64,000 nt of DNA, taken from an uncultured Chloroflexia bacterium. GTDB lineage: Bacteria > Chloroflexota > Limnocylindria > QHBO01. The translations under genes were made by a program, and so were the position numbers. The stretch lies in NCBI GenBank assembly GCA_963814375.1, contig CAWFCQ010000003.1:64001-128000 (forward strand), in the 5' to 3' direction. Positions 30,353 through 40,508 of this stretch are shown here, piece by piece. Position 1 is the first letter of the stretch; each line of letters starts with the position of its first letter. The notes below the pieces were generated by a model. The model did not search any database. It worked only from the letters and a program-made list of their open reading frames with translations, and was not told where the DNA came from.

Positions 30353-30696
30353 CAGCTGCCGACGGTCGGCTCGCGCCGCCGATCGGCCATGAAGCCGCCG
30401 ATTCCAGCGCCAAGCATCAGCGGCACGGTGCCAATCAGCAGGACCACGAAGAGGCCAGCGCCGACCAGAGCACCGATGATCGGCAGGGCGACGACGGTGC
30501 CCAGCAGCAGGATGAGCCCTGCGACGAGCAGTGAGGGGATGATCGCTGCGATGAGTGCGCTGCTGACCTCCCCGGCCTGCAGGCCGCCGACAAAACCGGC
30601 GATGGCAGGTCCGATGAACGGGATCCAACTGAGAAGGAGGGCGAGGATGAACATCCAGAGCCAGGCGGGCCAGATGCCGCGATTCGAGCCAAACAT
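30352..30696 (-). CDS. Small membrane protein (DUF5518-like)
   Basis: Gly/hydrophobic TMs IPFIGPAIAGFVGG; GAGGAGG RBS. Confidence 0.7.
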   Translation of the reverse strand: MFGSNRGIWPAWLWMFILALLLSWIPFIGPAIAGFVGGLQAGEVSSALIAAIIPSLLVAGLILLLGTVVALPIIGALVGAGLFVVLLIGTVPLMLGAGIGGFMADRRREPTVGS

Positions 30697-30738
30697 GCCG
30701 CCTCCTCTCGCATGAGCCGTGCCACAGACGAGCCCTTC

Positions 30739-31548
30739 CTACTCCGGCGCCGGGCCGCCGTGGATGAGCTCATCGTGGTAGCGCGGCGGGCCATCCGCAG
30801 CTGAACCTTTGGGCACCGGGGCCATCGGCGCCTTGCCCTTGGCGGCGAGGACGAAGTAGGCGCAGACATCGGTCAGGGGACAGAGGCCGCAGATCGGTCG
30901 CGGGGCGCGGCAGGTGTGGCGCCCGTGACGGATCGTCTCGACGTGGAACGGGTACATCTCGTCCGGCTCGAGCACCTCCTCGAGCAGGTCGTGGGCCTTC
31001 GGCAGCGGGGTGCGTGGCGGGAGCATCCCGAGCCGGGTCGTGACGCGATGGACGTGGGTGTCGACCGGCATCTGCGGTCGCCCGAAGCCGAACAGCAGGA
31101 TGATGGCGGCCGTCTTGCGGCCGATGCCGGTGAGTGACGTGAGCCACTCGCGCGCGTCGCTGAGCGGCCACGTCCCCAGGAAACCCAGGTCCCAGGTGCC
31201 GTCCGTGGCGGCATGGACCTCGGCCAGGATGTGCTGGATGCGGCGCGACTTCGTCGGCGCCAGCCCGCCGGGTCGGATCACGTCCTCCAGCTCGTCCGTC
31301 GGCGCGGCGAGCACCGCGTCCCAGTCGGCGTAGCGCTCGCGGAGCGCGGTGAAGGCGCGGAACGAGTTCACGTCGGCGGTGTTCTGGCTCAGGATCGTGA
31401 GCACCAGCTCGCTGACGGTGTCCACGCGCGGGCCGGCCCAGGTCGGATGGTCGTACCGCTCGCCGAGCCGCTCGAGCACCACGTCCGCCAGCCTGCGCCT
31501 CTTGCGGCGGTCGGCCGCTCGCTTCTGCGGGCTCGGACCTTTTGCCAT
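30739..31548 (-). CDS. nth: Endonuclease III family HhH-GPD glycosylase
   Basis: ILSQNT, LTGIGRKTA, VDTH, C-x6-C-x2-C-x5-C. Confidence 0.88.
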   Translation of the reverse strand: MAKGPSPQKRAADRRKRRRLADVVLERLGERYDHPTWAGPRVDTVSELVLTILSQNTADVNSFRAFTALRERYADWDAVLAAPTDELEDVIRPGGLAPTKSRRIQHILAEVHAATDGTWDLGFLGTWPLSDAREWLTSLTGIGRKTAAIILLFGFGRPQMPVDTHVHRVTTRLGMLPPRTPLPKAHDLLEEVLEPDEMYPFHVETIRHGRHTCRAPRPICGLCPLTDVCAYFVLAAKGKAPMAPVPKGSAADGPPRYHDELIHGGPAPE

Positions 31549-31562
31549 GGGCCGATGCGCGC

Positions 31563-32759
31563 CTAGGGGCGCGCCAGCTCCCAGCCGATGCCGATGCTGC
31601 GCGCCAGCCGCGCCGACGCGGCCTCGAGAAGTCGCGGGGTCTCGGCCATCGCCTCCGACAATGCCATGGGCCGGTCGACGATCGGCTGCACCACGCTCAG
31701 CGCCGTCGCCACGTCGAGGGCCTCGGCGCCGGGACCGAGCCCACCGCACAGCAGCGCGACCGGCGTGCTACGCGGCCGGGCGAGCGTCGCGACGCCGATC
31801 GCCGTCTTGCCCTGGAGCGTCTGCTCGTCGGCGCGGCCCTCTCCGGTGATGACGAGGTCGGCCGCATCGAGCGCCTCCGCCAGGTGGACCAGCTCGGCGA
31901 CGACCTCGACGCCCGGCCTCAGCGTGGCGGACGTGAAGCCGAGCAGGCCGGCGGTGGTCCCGCCCGCCGCGCCCGCGCCGGGAAGATCGGCGACGAGCCG
32001 CCCGGTGGCGCGCTCGATGAAGCGGCCCCACGCCGCGAGTGCGGCGTCCAGCTCCTCGACGGCGTCGGGGTCGGCGCCCTTCTGCGGCCCGTAGGTGGCG
32101 GCGGCGCCCCGCGTTCCGCACAGCGGATTGTTGACGTCGGAGGCGACCACGATCCGGGTGCGCTGGAGCCGTTCGTCCAGCGCCGCGCCGGTGATCGGCC
32201 CGACGCGCGCGAGCGCGACCCCGCCATCGGGCAGCTCCGCGCCGCCGTCGTCGAGCAGCACCAGGCCCAGCTGGCGAAGCAGTCCGCTGCCGCCGTCGGT
32301 CGTGGCCGACCCGCCGAGGCCGATCGTGATGCGCTCGACGCCGGCATCGAGCGCCGCGCGGACCAGGTCGCCGGTCCCGCGAGTCGAGGCACGACGGGCG
32401 GCGTCCGGCGTTCGTTCGTCGGGAGCCAGCCGTGCGAGTCCGGAGGCGGCCGCCATCTCGATGAAGGCCCCGGTCCCCCCGTCCAGGAGGAGCCAGTCGG
32501 CCTCGATCGGTCGCCCGAGCGCATCGGTCGTGTCGACGCTGCGACGCTGCGCGCCGTCTCCGAGCGCTGCGGCAACAGCGGCGAGGGTTCCCTCACCCCC
32601 ATCGGCCATCGGGCGCAGGTCGATCTCGTCGCCGGCCCGCACGCGTGACCATCCGGCGGCGATTGCCCGGGCCACGCCGATCGAGTCGAGCGCCCCGCCG
32701 AAGGAGTCGGGCGCGATGACGACGCGAAGCGATCGGCCGAGCCCGCGTCCCAGGCTCAT
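31563..32759 (-). CDS. glxK: Glycerate kinase (GlxK/GarK family)
   Basis: APDSF, PMADGGEGT, GGSATTDGG, DVNNPL, YGPQKGA, GAAGG, TGEG. Confidence 0.9.
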   Translation of the reverse strand: MSLGRGLGRSLRVVIAPDSFGGALDSIGVARAIAAGWSRVRAGDEIDLRPMADGGEGTLAAVAAALGDGAQRRSVDTTDALGRPIEADWLLLDGGTGAFIEMAAASGLARLAPDERTPDAARRASTRGTGDLVRAALDAGVERITIGLGGSATTDGGSGLLRQLGLVLLDDGGAELPDGGVALARVGPITGAALDERLQRTRIVVASDVNNPLCGTRGAAATYGPQKGADPDAVEELDAALAAWGRFIERATGRLVADLPGAGAAGGTTAGLLGFTSATLRPGVEVVAELVHLAEALDAADLVITGEGRADEQTLQGKTAIGVATLARPRSTPVALLCGGLGPGAEALDVATALSVVQPIVDRPMALSEAMAETPRLLEAASARLARSIGIGWELARP

Positions 32760-34732
32760 CGGCCTTTCAGGGAGCGGCGTCGCTCGACGTAGGCCGGGAT
32801 GGAGGTCATCGGCGGCCTGATCTCGTCGCCGATCTCCCGCACCTCGAGGTTGAAGTTCTCCTTGCCGGTGTTGATGAGCTTCATCCCGCGCCCGACCTCG
32901 GTCAGCAGCTCGATCCGATGCCGCTCCTCCAGCTTGCGGATGGCGCCCTGGAGGATGACGTAGGCCATCTGGGACAGGTTCGGCAGCGGCTGGTTGCGAT
33001 GGATGCGCCGCTCGAGGTCGACCTGCCCCATCGCCGCGAGGCCGGCCTGGTCGAGGATGTCGATCAGCAGCCCGGTCTCGACCGCGTAGCCGGTGAAGAA
33101 CGGCAGGCGCTCGAGGAGGTCCCGCCGCCCGGCGTACTCGCCCGACAGGGGCTGGATCATTCCCGACAGCTCGGGGAAGAAGAGGTTGATGAGCGGTCGG
33201 GCCATGAGCTCGGTGACGCGCCCTCCGCCCTCGGCCTGGAGGATGTCGCCCTGCCGGATCGGGCGCTGGTAGAAGCCCTTGACGTACTTGAGCTGTGGCT
33301 CGCGGAGGAGCGGCCCCAGGAGGCCGAAGACGAAGCGCGGCTGGATGTTGCTGATGTCGGTGTCGATCCACGCCACGATGTCGCCGTCGAGCACGTGGAG
33401 GCTCTTCCACAGCGCCTCGCCCTTGCCGGTGAAGGAGCCGACCTCCGGCAGGATCTCGCTGTGCTTCACGACCGGCACGCCCAGCTCGGTGGCGATGGCG
33501 ACCGTGCGATCGGTGCTGTCGGAGTCGATCACCACCATCTGGTCGATGAGCGGCGCGCGATCCATCAGCGCTCCGCGGACGCGCTTGATGACCGTGCCGA
33601 TCGTCTTCTCCTCGTTGAGGGCTGGCAGGCCGACGCTGATCGTCAGGTTCTGACGCTCCTTGAGCGCGACGAGCTTGCGGATGTCGGCGAACTCGCTGGC
33701 GTGGAAGGTGTTCTCTGCGAACCACCTGTCGACGACCACCGGCAATGAGCGGCTGCGCTCCACGAAGGCATCGGCGTGGGCAAGCGTCCCCTCGCTCGCG
33801 CGCAGCTCCTCGAAGGTGGCGAGCCCCACCGACTGCTTCGTCTTGACGACGATCACCGTGGGCTTGGCCTTGCTGGCCACCGACTCGGCCAGGGTCCCGA
33901 ACAGGTAGCGGCCATCCGGGCTGGCATTGCTTGGCTGCGCCGATGCGCCCATCACCACCAGGTCGTGGTTCGCCGCCTCCCTGATGATCGCCTGCCGCAC
34001 CCCGCTCGCCTCCAGGATGAGGCCGGTCGCGCGCCTCGCTCCGGCATGCGTCCGCGTGAACGCGTCAAGCGCGGCCTGCTCGTGCTCGACGGCGCGGGCG
34101 CCGATCCCCTTCGGCACGACGTGGAGCACCACGATTCGCGCGCCGAACCGCTTGGCCAGGTCGCGGCTGATGCGCATCGCCAGCTCGGCGTGCGGGCCAC
34201 CCCGGACCGGCACGAGGATCGAGGCGACCTTCTCCATGCCTCGCTGCTTGACGACCGCGATGTCGCACGGAGACTCGCGGACGACCGCGTCGATGGTCGG
34301 CGAGAAGACGGCCCGTGGCAGCACGCTCTCGCCGGCGAGAACCATCTCCGTCGCCTCGGCCTCGGCCCGAACGACCTGCGCATTGGTGGGCGGCCCGCCC
34401 CAGCCGAAGATCACGAGGTCGGTGCCCTCCTCGCCGACGGCCTCGATCACCCCATCGGCGGCGTGGCGGCTGATGCGGACCAGCGTTCGCAGCTCGACGC
34501 TCTCCTCGTCGCCGAAGTCGAGGACACGCTGGAGGAGGCGGCGCGAGGTCCGCGCCTGGGTCGCGCCCTCGGAGAGGCTGACTCCCTCCGGCACCTCGAC
34601 GATGCCGAGCGCCGTGATCTCGGTCGCGCGCCCGTTGGCCACCCCCGCGCCGATGCGGACGAGGTCGCGCGCGGTGCGTGGGTTGGCCAGCGGCAGGAGG
34701 ATCCGGTACGGCGTGCGGCGTCGGGCGGCCAC
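32756..34732 (-). CDS. gpgS: Glucosyl-3-phosphoglycerate synthase with two N-terminal universal stress protein domains
   Basis: USP motifs ILLPLAN/ILVPVRGGPH; GT PALNEE, GKGEALW, DTD, GGRVTEL, QPLSGEYA. Confidence 0.85.
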   Translation of the reverse strand: MAARRRTPYRILLPLANPRTARDLVRIGAGVANGRATEITALGIVEVPEGVSLSEGATQARTSRRLLQRVLDFGDEESVELRTLVRISRHAADGVIEAVGEEGTDLVIFGWGGPPTNAQVVRAEAEATEMVLAGESVLPRAVFSPTIDAVVRESPCDIAVVKQRGMEKVASILVPVRGGPHAELAMRISRDLAKRFGARIVVLHVVPKGIGARAVEHEQAALDAFTRTHAGARRATGLILEASGVRQAIIREAANHDLVVMGASAQPSNASPDGRYLFGTLAESVASKAKPTVIVVKTKQSVGLATFEELRASEGTLAHADAFVERSRSLPVVVDRWFAENTFHASEFADIRKLVALKERQNLTISVGLPALNEEKTIGTVIKRVRGALMDRAPLIDQMVVIDSDSTDRTVAIATELGVPVVKHSEILPEVGSFTGKGEALWKSLHVLDGDIVAWIDTDISNIQPRFVFGLLGPLLREPQLKYVKGFYQRPIRQGDILQAEGGGRVTELMARPLINLFFPELSGMIQPLSGEYAGRRDLLERLPFFTGYAVETGLLIDILDQAGLAAMGQVDLERRIHRNQPLPNLSQMAYVILQGAIRKLEERHRIELLTEVGRGMKLINTGKENFNLEVREIGDEIRPPMTSIPAYVERRRSLKGR

Positions 34733-34737
34733 CTGTA

Positions 34738-36045
34738 TCAGGCTCCGGCCTCGGCGCGCATCTCGCCCCAGCGGGTGACGAGGTACGGCTTGAGCTCCTC
34801 GAACTGGCGCGCCTGGTCGTCGATCACCCTCTCCGCCTGGTCGGTGTTGATCTCGAGCGTGTCGCTGATGAAGCCCGCGGTGCGCCCAAAGTACAGGGGG
34901 GTGAGGGCGGCCAGCAGCCGCTCGCGATCGATCCCGGGCCGGTGGAAGGCGACGAGCGAGTCGTAGAGGCATCGCACCCAGAGCTCGGCGCTGAAGTGGA
35001 AATCGGCCGGGTCGCCCTCGGTGTCCAGGCCCATGACCCGGTCCAGCTGCTCGGGGCTGAGCATCTCGGCCCACACCTCGCGCTGGGTCAGCCGCGCCTG
35101 GTCGAGGTTGTCGACCAGCTTGGCGTGGTTGACCTTGATCTCCTCCGGCGCGACGACCCGCTCGAAGCCGTACTCGGGAATCGGATGCGAGCCCTTCACG
35201 CGCAGCCATCGGTCCTCGTAGTGTCCGGCCAGCTTGAAGAGGGTGCCGACCACCTGGCGGAACATCGGCCCCAGGTCGGAGGCCGGATCCTTGGCGTCGT
35301 GGATCTTGGCGCCGAGCCGGGCCTGGCACACCGCGAAGCCCTCGTTGATGGCGCTGTGCGTCATCCAGATGTCGATCCCGAAGCGCGCCGACAGGTCGTC
35401 GAAGGTGTCGAGCTCGAGGTATCGGCTGACGAGATCGCCGGAGACCGCGAAGTCGCCGCCGATGGGCTGGCGGATGCGGGTGCCGTACAGCGCCCGGGTC
35501 AGTGGGTAGCTGATGTTGTTGGTGATCGTGCCGTCGTACTTGTAGCGCGCGTACATCGGCGCCACGAAGTCGTAGCCGCCCTTGAGGATCGGGCCGGCGA
35601 GGAGCTCCACCCACTCGGGCACGATCGAGCGCAGGTCGGAGTCGACCATGACCATCGCCTTGACCTTGAGCTCGTGGGCCACCTCGAAGAGGGCGCGGAC
35701 CGCGGTGCCCTTCCCGCTTATGCCCTGGTACGTGAAGCTGATGCGCTGGAGCTTGTGCTTGGGGCTGACGAGGATGACCTTCTCGAGGTAGTCGGGGCTC
35801 TCGGTGCTGACCGCAACCCTCGGGGTGTCGTCGGGGGAGCCACCGTCGCTGTTGACCAGGATCGGCTTGAGCTCGGGGAAGTACTGCACCATCCCGGCGG
35901 TCGTGGCACGGACCACGTAGCCGATGGTCTCAGCGTTGCCGAAGGACGGGATCCCGACCATGAGATCGGCGTTGCCCACGCGCCTGACCTCGGCCAGCCC
36001 ATCGGTATCGAGGGCCGATGGCGCCGTGGTGGGATTCGAGGTCAG
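34738..36045 (-). CDS. GT-A glycosyltransferase, glucosylglycerate/mannosylglycerate synthase-like; probable CTG start
   Basis: VGIPSF.NAETI, DGGS.D.T, GKG, DSDLRS, YDGTITN, RQPIGGDF, FGIDIWMT. Confidence 0.75.
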   Translation of the reverse strand: MTSNPTTAPSALDTDGLAEVRRVGNADLMVGIPSFGNAETIGYVVRATTAGMVQYFPELKPILVNSDGGSPDDTPRVAVSTESPDYLEKVILVSPKHKLQRISFTYQGISGKGTAVRALFEVAHELKVKAMVMVDSDLRSIVPEWVELLAGPILKGGYDFVAPMYARYKYDGTITNNISYPLTRALYGTRIRQPIGGDFAVSGDLVSRYLELDTFDDLSARFGIDIWMTHSAINEGFAVCQARLGAKIHDAKDPASDLGPMFRQVVGTLFKLAGHYEDRWLRVKGSHPIPEYGFERVVAPEEIKVNHAKLVDNLDQARLTQREVWAEMLSPEQLDRVMGLDTEGDPADFHFSAELWVRCLYDSLVAFHRPGIDRERLLAALTPLYFGRTAGFISDTLEINTDQAERVIDDQARQFEELKPYLVTRWGEMRAEAGA

Positions 36046-36126
36046 GGCGAGCCTCCTCGGTCGCTGGGGTGGGAGCTCAGGGGGTCACCGATGGTAGCAC
36101 TCGCCGTGATTCGGCCCGCCGGCACC

Positions 36127-36804
36127 TCAGTCGCGGATGCGGCGGATCCGCTCCCGGGAGCCGACGAGCCGGCCGATCATGCCGCGCGGGGTCTCGGCTC
36201 GCAGTGACAGCTTGAGCCAGTCGTCGTTGCGCTCGCCAGGGACGTAATGCGAGTTCTGGTGCTTCGCGAGGTAGTGGGTGAACCCGTTCGTGCGCCACCC
36301 GATGACCCAGCCGCCGAGCGGGTGCTTCACCACGGGGCTGAGACGAACCTGCACGCCCTCGTCGACGACCGACTCGAGTAGGCGGCGACGCTCCTGGAAC
36401 GGGACGTCGAAGAGGGGCTCATCGTCCAGCTCGACGAGGTCGACGGCCACGAAAGCGCGACGCCGCTCCGCCTCGAGCGGATCGGGCAGCTCGTCGGCCA
36501 GGCCCTCCTCGGCGATCGTGTCGGCCCAGGTGCGGGCGAGGCTGCCGTCCCCGACGAAGGGCTGCGCGGTCCAGACCCCGTCGATCACGGCGCGGTCGGC
36601 CAGGACCGCCGATGCCAGCAGCGACCCGGCCTCGGCGAGATCACCGCCAACCGGCTTGCCGAGCTCGTCGTTGACGGCCGCATCACCGCGATCGATCCGC
36701 GCCATCAGGCGCTCTCCGGGCCAGAGCGGCTCGAACAGCCACTCGACGCTCATGATCTCTGCGTTGGCGACGGTAGGGCGCTGCGGGAAGACCGGATCGG
36801 CCAT
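36127..36804 (-). CDS. ATP-dependent ligase adenylation-domain-like protein lacking the catalytic Lys
   Basis: WLFEPLWPGER, VIDG, AVDLV, RRRLLE, YVPGER.DDWLK; no OB domain. Confidence 0.7.
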   Translation of the reverse strand: MADPVFPQRPTVANAEIMSVEWLFEPLWPGERLMARIDRGDAAVNDELGKPVGGDLAEAGSLLASAVLADRAVIDGVWTAQPFVGDGSLARTWADTIAEEGLADELPDPLEAERRRAFVAVDLVELDDEPLFDVPFQERRRLLESVVDEGVQVRLSPVVKHPLGGWVIGWRTNGFTHYLAKHQNSHYVPGERNDDWLKLSLRAETPRGMIGRLVGSRERIRRIRD

Positions 36805-36838
36805 TCGCTACAGCCTACTGCCGACGGCTCGGATCGGT

Positions 36839-38107
36839 TCAGCCGCGGTCGTACAGGTTGAGCTGGCCCTCTTCGACGTTGGCGCCGACCTCGCTGCGGA
36901 TCGCCTCCCAGGCGTCGAGGTCCCACTCGCCGACGAAGGTGATGGCCGTCCCCTCGCGCCCCGCGCGACCGGTCCGCCCGATGCGGTGGACGTACGTATC
37001 CGCGTCCTCGGGGATGTCGAACGACAGCACGTAGGGCAGGTCGGTGATGTCGAGCCCGCGGCTGGCCACGTTCGTGGCGATGAGGAACTGGATCTTGCCG
37101 GCCTTGAAGGCGGCCAGCGTCCGGTCGCGCTCGCGCTGCGAGAGGCCGCCGTGCAGGGCGGCCACGTTCTTGCCGCGGCGCTTGAGCGTTGCGGCCAGGC
37201 GGTCGACCCCGATCTGGGTGTGGCGGAAGGTGAGGAGGCGGTCGAAGCCGTAGTGCTCGTTGAGCTCGACCAGGGCCGCGACCTTGTCCTGCTCGGCGAC
37301 GAAGTAGACGAGCTGGCGCACCGTCTCGACGGTCCGCAGGTCGGGGCGGACCGTCACGTGCGCGGGATCGCGCTTCATGAACCGATCGCAGATGCGCAGG
37401 ATGGCGTACGGCATCGTGGCGCTGAAGAGGGCGGTCTGGCGCTCGCGCGGGCAGCGCGAGAGGATCGTCTCGACGTCGACGATGAAGCCCATGTCGAGCA
37501 TGCGGTCCGCCTCGTCCAGGATGACGGTGTGGACCCGGTCGAGCGCGAGCTCGCGACGTCGGATCAGGTCGAGCACCCGACCCGGTGTCCCGACCACGAC
37601 CTGCGCGCCGCGCTTCAGCGCCTCGACCTGGCGATCCATCGACGCGCCGCCGTAGATCGCCACCGTGCTGACACCGCGGAATCGGCCGATGCGGGCGATC
37701 TCGTCGGTGACCTGCACGCACAGCTCGCGCGTCGGGGTCAGCACCAGGGCCTGGACGTGCACCGATGACGGATCGATCTTCTCGACGATCGGGATGCCGA
37801 ACGCGGCGGTCTTGCCGGTTCCCGTCTGCGCCTGGCCGATGAGGTCCTCGCCTCGCCGAAGCGGCGGGATCGCGCGGGCCTGGACCTCGGTCGGCGTGAC
37901 GAATCCCATCGATTCGATCGCGCGGGCGATGGTCGCGGGGACCTCGATGTCGCCGAAGCGGTAGCCGCGGGCGGCGGCGAGGACGGCCGTCTCGAACTCG
38001 GACGGCTCGTGGGCCGCGGCCGGGGAGACCTCGATGGCCACCGCGTCGGTGGCGTCGGGTCGATTGCGCGACCGGCGTCGGGCGCGGCTGGTTTCGGTAT
38101 CGGGCAA
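36839..38107 (-). CDS. DEAD-box RNA helicase
   Basis: Q motif, AQTGTGKT, PTREL, TPGR, DEAD, SAT, HRIGRTGR; likely TTG start. Confidence 0.93.
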   Translation of the reverse strand: MPDTETSRARRRSRNRPDATDAVAIEVSPAAAHEPSEFETAVLAAARGYRFGDIEVPATIARAIESMGFVTPTEVQARAIPPLRRGEDLIGQAQTGTGKTAAFGIPIVEKIDPSSVHVQALVLTPTRELCVQVTDEIARIGRFRGVSTVAIYGGASMDRQVEALKRGAQVVVGTPGRVLDLIRRRELALDRVHTVILDEADRMLDMGFIVDVETILSRCPRERQTALFSATMPYAILRICDRFMKRDPAHVTVRPDLRTVETVRQLVYFVAEQDKVAALVELNEHYGFDRLLTFRHTQIGVDRLAATLKRRGKNVAALHGGLSQRERDRTLAAFKAGKIQFLIATNVASRGLDITDLPYVLSFDIPEDADTYVHRIGRTGRAGREGTAITFVGEWDLDAWEAIRSEVGANVEEGQLNLYDRG

Positions 38108-38274
38108 GCGGGACTCCAGATGGGGTGGGCGGCGGCGCCGGGGCGCCGAGAGCGGACGCAGAGAGGGCGCACCTGCTCGGCCGCTCTCGGATGCTACCAC
38201 GGCAAGGCGCCGGTCCCCCTCGTGGCGACCTTGACGGGTGGCGCTTCCTCCAGATGATACTCAGTCTCGTCCCC

Positions 38275-39030
38275 ATGCCTATTGCCGTCGCCGCCGTCCT
38301 CGTCTCGATCGGCGCCTTCGCCTCCGCCTTCGTCGGCGGTCTGCTCGCGCTGCGCGCGGTCACCCACGTCGGGCTGATCATCGCGGCGGGAGCCGGGATC
38401 CGCATCGGGGCCGCCTATTTCGACCTCATCCCGGAAAGCGTCGAGCATCTTGGCTCGCTCGATCTGGCGATGATCTTCACCGCCTTCGGCTTCCTCGCCT
38501 TCTATGCGGTCGAGAAGATGACCGCCCTGCACGTGGGACACGAGACGGCCACCGAGCTCGATCACGGCGAGGTCGAGCACCGCCACATCGGCATCCTGGG
38601 TGCCGCGGGGATGAGCCTCCACAGCTTCCTCGACGGCGTCGCGCTCGCCGCCGGCCTCGCGGTCGGCGGCGGCCTGGGCCTGGTGATCGCGGTCGTCGTG
38701 GTCGTGCACCGCTTCAGCGACGGCATCGGCATCGTCAGCCTCCTGCTGGCGAGCCGCACCCCGCGCAACGAGATCCTGCGCTGGGTGGCGCTGTCGGCGC
38801 TGGCGCCGGTGGTCGGCGTCGTCGTCGGCCTGCTGCTGCCGATCCCCGACAGCGTCCTCGGCGGCATGCTGGCGGTGTTCGCCGGCTTCTTCCTGTACAT
38901 CGGCGCCGCGGAGCTCCTGCCCGAGGCGCACCGCAGCGATCGCTCGCGCTGGGTCGTCGCGGCAACCCTGGCCGGGGTCGCGGCGATCTACGCCATATCC
39001 ATCTTCGCGGAGGCGGTGGCGGCACCGTGA
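38275..39030 (+). CDS. ZIP family metal transporter
   Basis: DLIPES, His-rich loop, HSFLDG, HRFSDG, ELLPEAH. Confidence 0.88.
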   Translation: MPIAVAAVLVSIGAFASAFVGGLLALRAVTHVGLIIAAGAGIRIGAAYFDLIPESVEHLGSLDLAMIFTAFGFLAFYAVEKMTALHVGHETATELDHGEVEHRHIGILGAAGMSLHSFLDGVALAAGLAVGGGLGLVIAVVVVVHRFSDGIGIVSLLLASRTPRNEILRWVALSALAPVVGVVVGLLLPIPDSVLGGMLAVFAGFFLYIGAAELLPEAHRSDRSRWVVAATLAGVAAIYAISIFAEAVAAP

Positions 39031-39452
39031 CCGGCGCATCGACGGCCGATCGGCTGCGCGGGGCGGGTGAACGCGTCACCCGGCAGCGTCTGCTGGTGGC
39101 GGATGCGCTCGGTGCCATGGGCCGGCAGGCCACCGCGCAGGAGCTGTACGACCACCTTCGGCGAAGCGATCCGAGCATCGGGCGCGCCACCGTCTTTCGC
39201 ACCCTGGAGTCGCTGGTGATCGCGGGCGTCGCTCGCCGCCTCGAGCTTGGCGGTCACGTCTACGGCTACGTCGCCTGCCGCCCGGAGCACCATCACCACC
39301 TTGCCTGCGACCGATGCGGGCGCGTCGAGGAGATCGGAGAGGCGTACATCGCTCCGGTTGCCGAGCGCGTGGCGGCCGACATCGGGTTCCGGATCGACGA
39401 CGCGCGGATGGACTTCTACGGCCTCTGTGCCGACTGCGCCCGGACGGCCTAG
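39027..39452 (+). CDS. Fur/Zur family regulator
   Basis: RVTRQR, ATVFRTL, HHHLACDRCG, CADC. Confidence 0.9.
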   Translation: MTGASTADRLRGAGERVTRQRLLVADALGAMGRQATAQELYDHLRRSDPSIGRATVFRTLESLVIAGVARRLELGGHVYGYVACRPEHHHHLACDRCGRVEEIGEAYIAPVAERVAADIGFRIDDARMDFYGLCADCARTA

Positions 39453-40489
39453 CCCGCCGAGCCTGCCACCTGTGCCGGGCGCAGGGTGCCTGCCCCGTTC
39501 GAGGCGGCATCGGCATAGCCGGTCGGATGCGCCTCGCGCCACGCCCATGCGTCGGCGAGCATGTGCTCGAGTGACGAGTGCGTCGGCTGCCATCCGAGCT
39601 CACGCCGCGCCCGCCGCGACGAGGCCACCAGCACCGGGGGATCCCCGACCCGACGCCGCACCGGGCGCGCCGGTATGGCGCGTCCGGTCACGCGCCGCGC
39701 CGCTTCCACCACTTCGCGCACGCTGAAGCCCGCCGCCGACCCGAGGTTGTAGACCTCGAGCGATGCATCGGCCTCACCCGTGGCCTCGAGCGCGAGCAGG
39801 TGCGCGTTCGCGATGTCGCGAACATGGAGGAAGTCGCGAATGCAGGTCCCGTCCGGCGTCGGGTAGTCCTGGCCGTGGATCTGAACGTGGGTCGCCTCGC
39901 CGGCGGCCACTCGAAGCACGAGCGGCATGAGGTGGGTCTCCGGGTCGTGGTCCTCGCCGTTGCGCTCGGTCGCGCCGGCCACGTTGAAGTAGCGCAGGCT
40001 GATGGCGCGGAAGTCGTGGGCCGCGCAGAACCAGCGCATCGCCCCCTCGAATGCGAGTTTCGTCTCGCCGTACGGATTGATCGGCTGGGTGCGATCCGCC
40101 TCCGCGATCGGGACACGCTTCGGCTCGCCGTAGACCGCGGCCGTCGAGCTGTACACCAGGCGCGTCACGCGTGCCTCACGCATCGCCTCGAGCAGCGCGA
40201 CCCCACCTGACACGTTGGTGCGGTAATAGAGGCCTGGCTCGAGCATCGACTCGCCGACGAGCGATCGCGCGGCACAGTGCAGCACGGCATCGACGCCGTT
40301 GGAGAGGATGCGCACCAGCCGCTGCTTGTCGCCGATGTCCCCGACGACGAGCCTCGCGCCGTCGGGCACCGCCGCGGCGTGGCCGCTCGAGAGGTTGTCG
40401 TAGACCACCACCCGATGACCGGCGTCGACGAAGCGCTCGACGCTGGTCGAGCCCACGTAGCCGGCGCCACCCACGACGAGGATCTTCAA
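39449..40489 (-). CDS. galE: UDP-glucose 4-epimerase
   Basis: GGAGYVGS, SSTAAVYG, YGETK, LRYFN, DGTCIRD. Confidence 0.93.
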   Translation of the reverse strand: MKILVVGGAGYVGSTSVERFVDAGHRVVVYDNLSSGHAAAVPDGARLVVGDIGDKQRLVRILSNGVDAVLHCAARSLVGESMLEPGLYYRTNVSGGVALLEAMREARVTRLVYSSTAAVYGEPKRVPIAEADRTQPINPYGETKLAFEGAMRWFCAAHDFRAISLRYFNVAGATERNGEDHDPETHLMPLVLRVAAGEATHVQIHGQDYPTPDGTCIRDFLHVRDIANAHLLALEATGEADASLEVYNLGSAAGFSVREVVEAARRVTGRAIPARPVRRRVGDPPVLVASSRRARRELGWQPTHSSLEHMLADAWAWREAHPTGYADAASNGAGTLRPAQVAGSAG

Positions 40490-40508
40490 ACCGACGGCCC
40501 TCCGATGC

